Shown: positions 63,344 through 64,000 of the stretch, piece after piece
How the letters are laid out: every line of letters begins with the position of its first letter
How positions within the stretch are numbered: the first letter of the stretch is position 1
NCBI GenBank assembly: GCA_950097015.1
Contig: CATNEN010000038.1
Location: 5,332,001 to 5,396,000 of the forward strand
DNA from: Macrostomum hystrix
Lineage: Eukaryota > Animalia > Platyhelminthes
Direction: 5' to 3'
DNA: 64,000 nucleotides
The notes under the pieces: generated by a model
Databases searched by the model: none
Told to the model about the DNA's origin: nothing
The model's input: the letters and a program-made list of their open reading frames with translations, nothing else
Made by a program: the position numbers and the translations under genes

Positions 63344-64000
63344 TCAGCGCATAGCAAAGGCCTCCCTGTCCAGTTGTCCCTTCAACACGCCAGAGAGAAG
63401 AGCCTCGACCTGCAGGGCGCAGACACCAGCCGGCAAACGCGCCAGTGTCTTGGCGTCGGCGTCGCAGGCGAACACCAGGCTGCACGACTTCAGGGCGCCG
63501 ACACCGACGCCGACGAAGCGACCGCCGGCGCTGGCGACAATCTGGGCCAGACTGGACGGCTCCGGCCGCACCGAGGGAGTAGCGGCCACCGACTGGCCGG
63601 CCAGCAGTGGCGGACCTCGGCGCGATCTCTCGCAGGCGTCGGCTAGGTTGACGCCGAACTCTGTCTCGCCGGCCACAGGATATTTGGCGCCTCCGAGGCC
63701 GCAGTCAAGAAATTTTCCGGCAGTCCGACAGTCGGTCAGCCACTGGACGCTGACCACGGGAACACCGCGTGCCACGCAGCAGAGCAGCTTGACTGTGCGA
63801 CGAACCCGGTCAGTGACCAGGTGGGTGGCTTCAGACGGCGACTCCGTGACCCGACCACCCAATCGGCGGACAAGCGGCACTAAAGTCGACTCGTCCACGC
63901 CAGTAAACAACACGACGACGTCACCGTTAGCAGCCGCCGATGTCGACCTCTTGCGAGCGGGCTCTTCGACGCTCCCGTTGTCGTCAATGTCGGTGGCTCG
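63344..64000 (-). CDS. MDC1: Tandem-BRCT C-terminus of an MDC1-like DNA-damage mediator (5' part outside the window)
   Basis: VLFTG...LGG...ATHLVTDRVRRTVKLLC..ARGVPVVSVQWL; second BRCT TPSVRP..L..IVASAGG...EALLSGVL; frame open to the window edge. Confidence 0.8.
   Translation of the reverse strand, partial: RATDIDDNGSVEEPARKRSTSAAANGDVVVLFTGVDESTLVPLVRRLGGRVTESPSEATHLVTDRVRRTVKLLCCVARGVPVVSVQWLTDCRTAGKFLDCGLGGAKYPVAGETEFGVNLADACERSRRGPPLLAGQSVAATPSVRPEPSSLAQIVASAGGRFVGVGVGALKSCSLVFACDADAKTLARLPAGVCALQVEALLSGVLKGQLDREAFAMR

Overview
Eukaryotic (metazoan) genomic DNA. GC-rich spliced exons are separated by introns and intergenic spacers packed with unrelated minisatellites, a pattern that suggests a free-living flatworm such as Macrostomum (inference only). 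I reconstructed eight host genes by hand from GT-AG junctions and protein motifs: a melatonin-receptor-like GPCR, a CRT-like transporter, a METTL27-like methyltransferase with two candidate first exons, a gamma-glutamyltranspeptidase, a divergent peptide-type GPCR, an inositol-trisphosphate 3-kinase, a GT31 beta-1,3-galactosyltransferase and the BRCT end of an MDC1-like gene. There is also a small CaaX-ended ORF. Mobile DNA includes a decayed DD34D mariner, two tRNA-derived SINE families and MITE-like elements. The most unusual item is a 2,977-bp element (8063-11039) with near-perfect 253-bp terminal inverted repeats flanked by TATA. It carries a Crypton/DUF3504-type tyrosine recombinase and a divergently oriented IS630/Tc1-type transposase fragment, partitioned by three copies of a ~31-37-bp internal site. 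Almost all very long ORFs in the ORF track are tandem-repeat artefacts.
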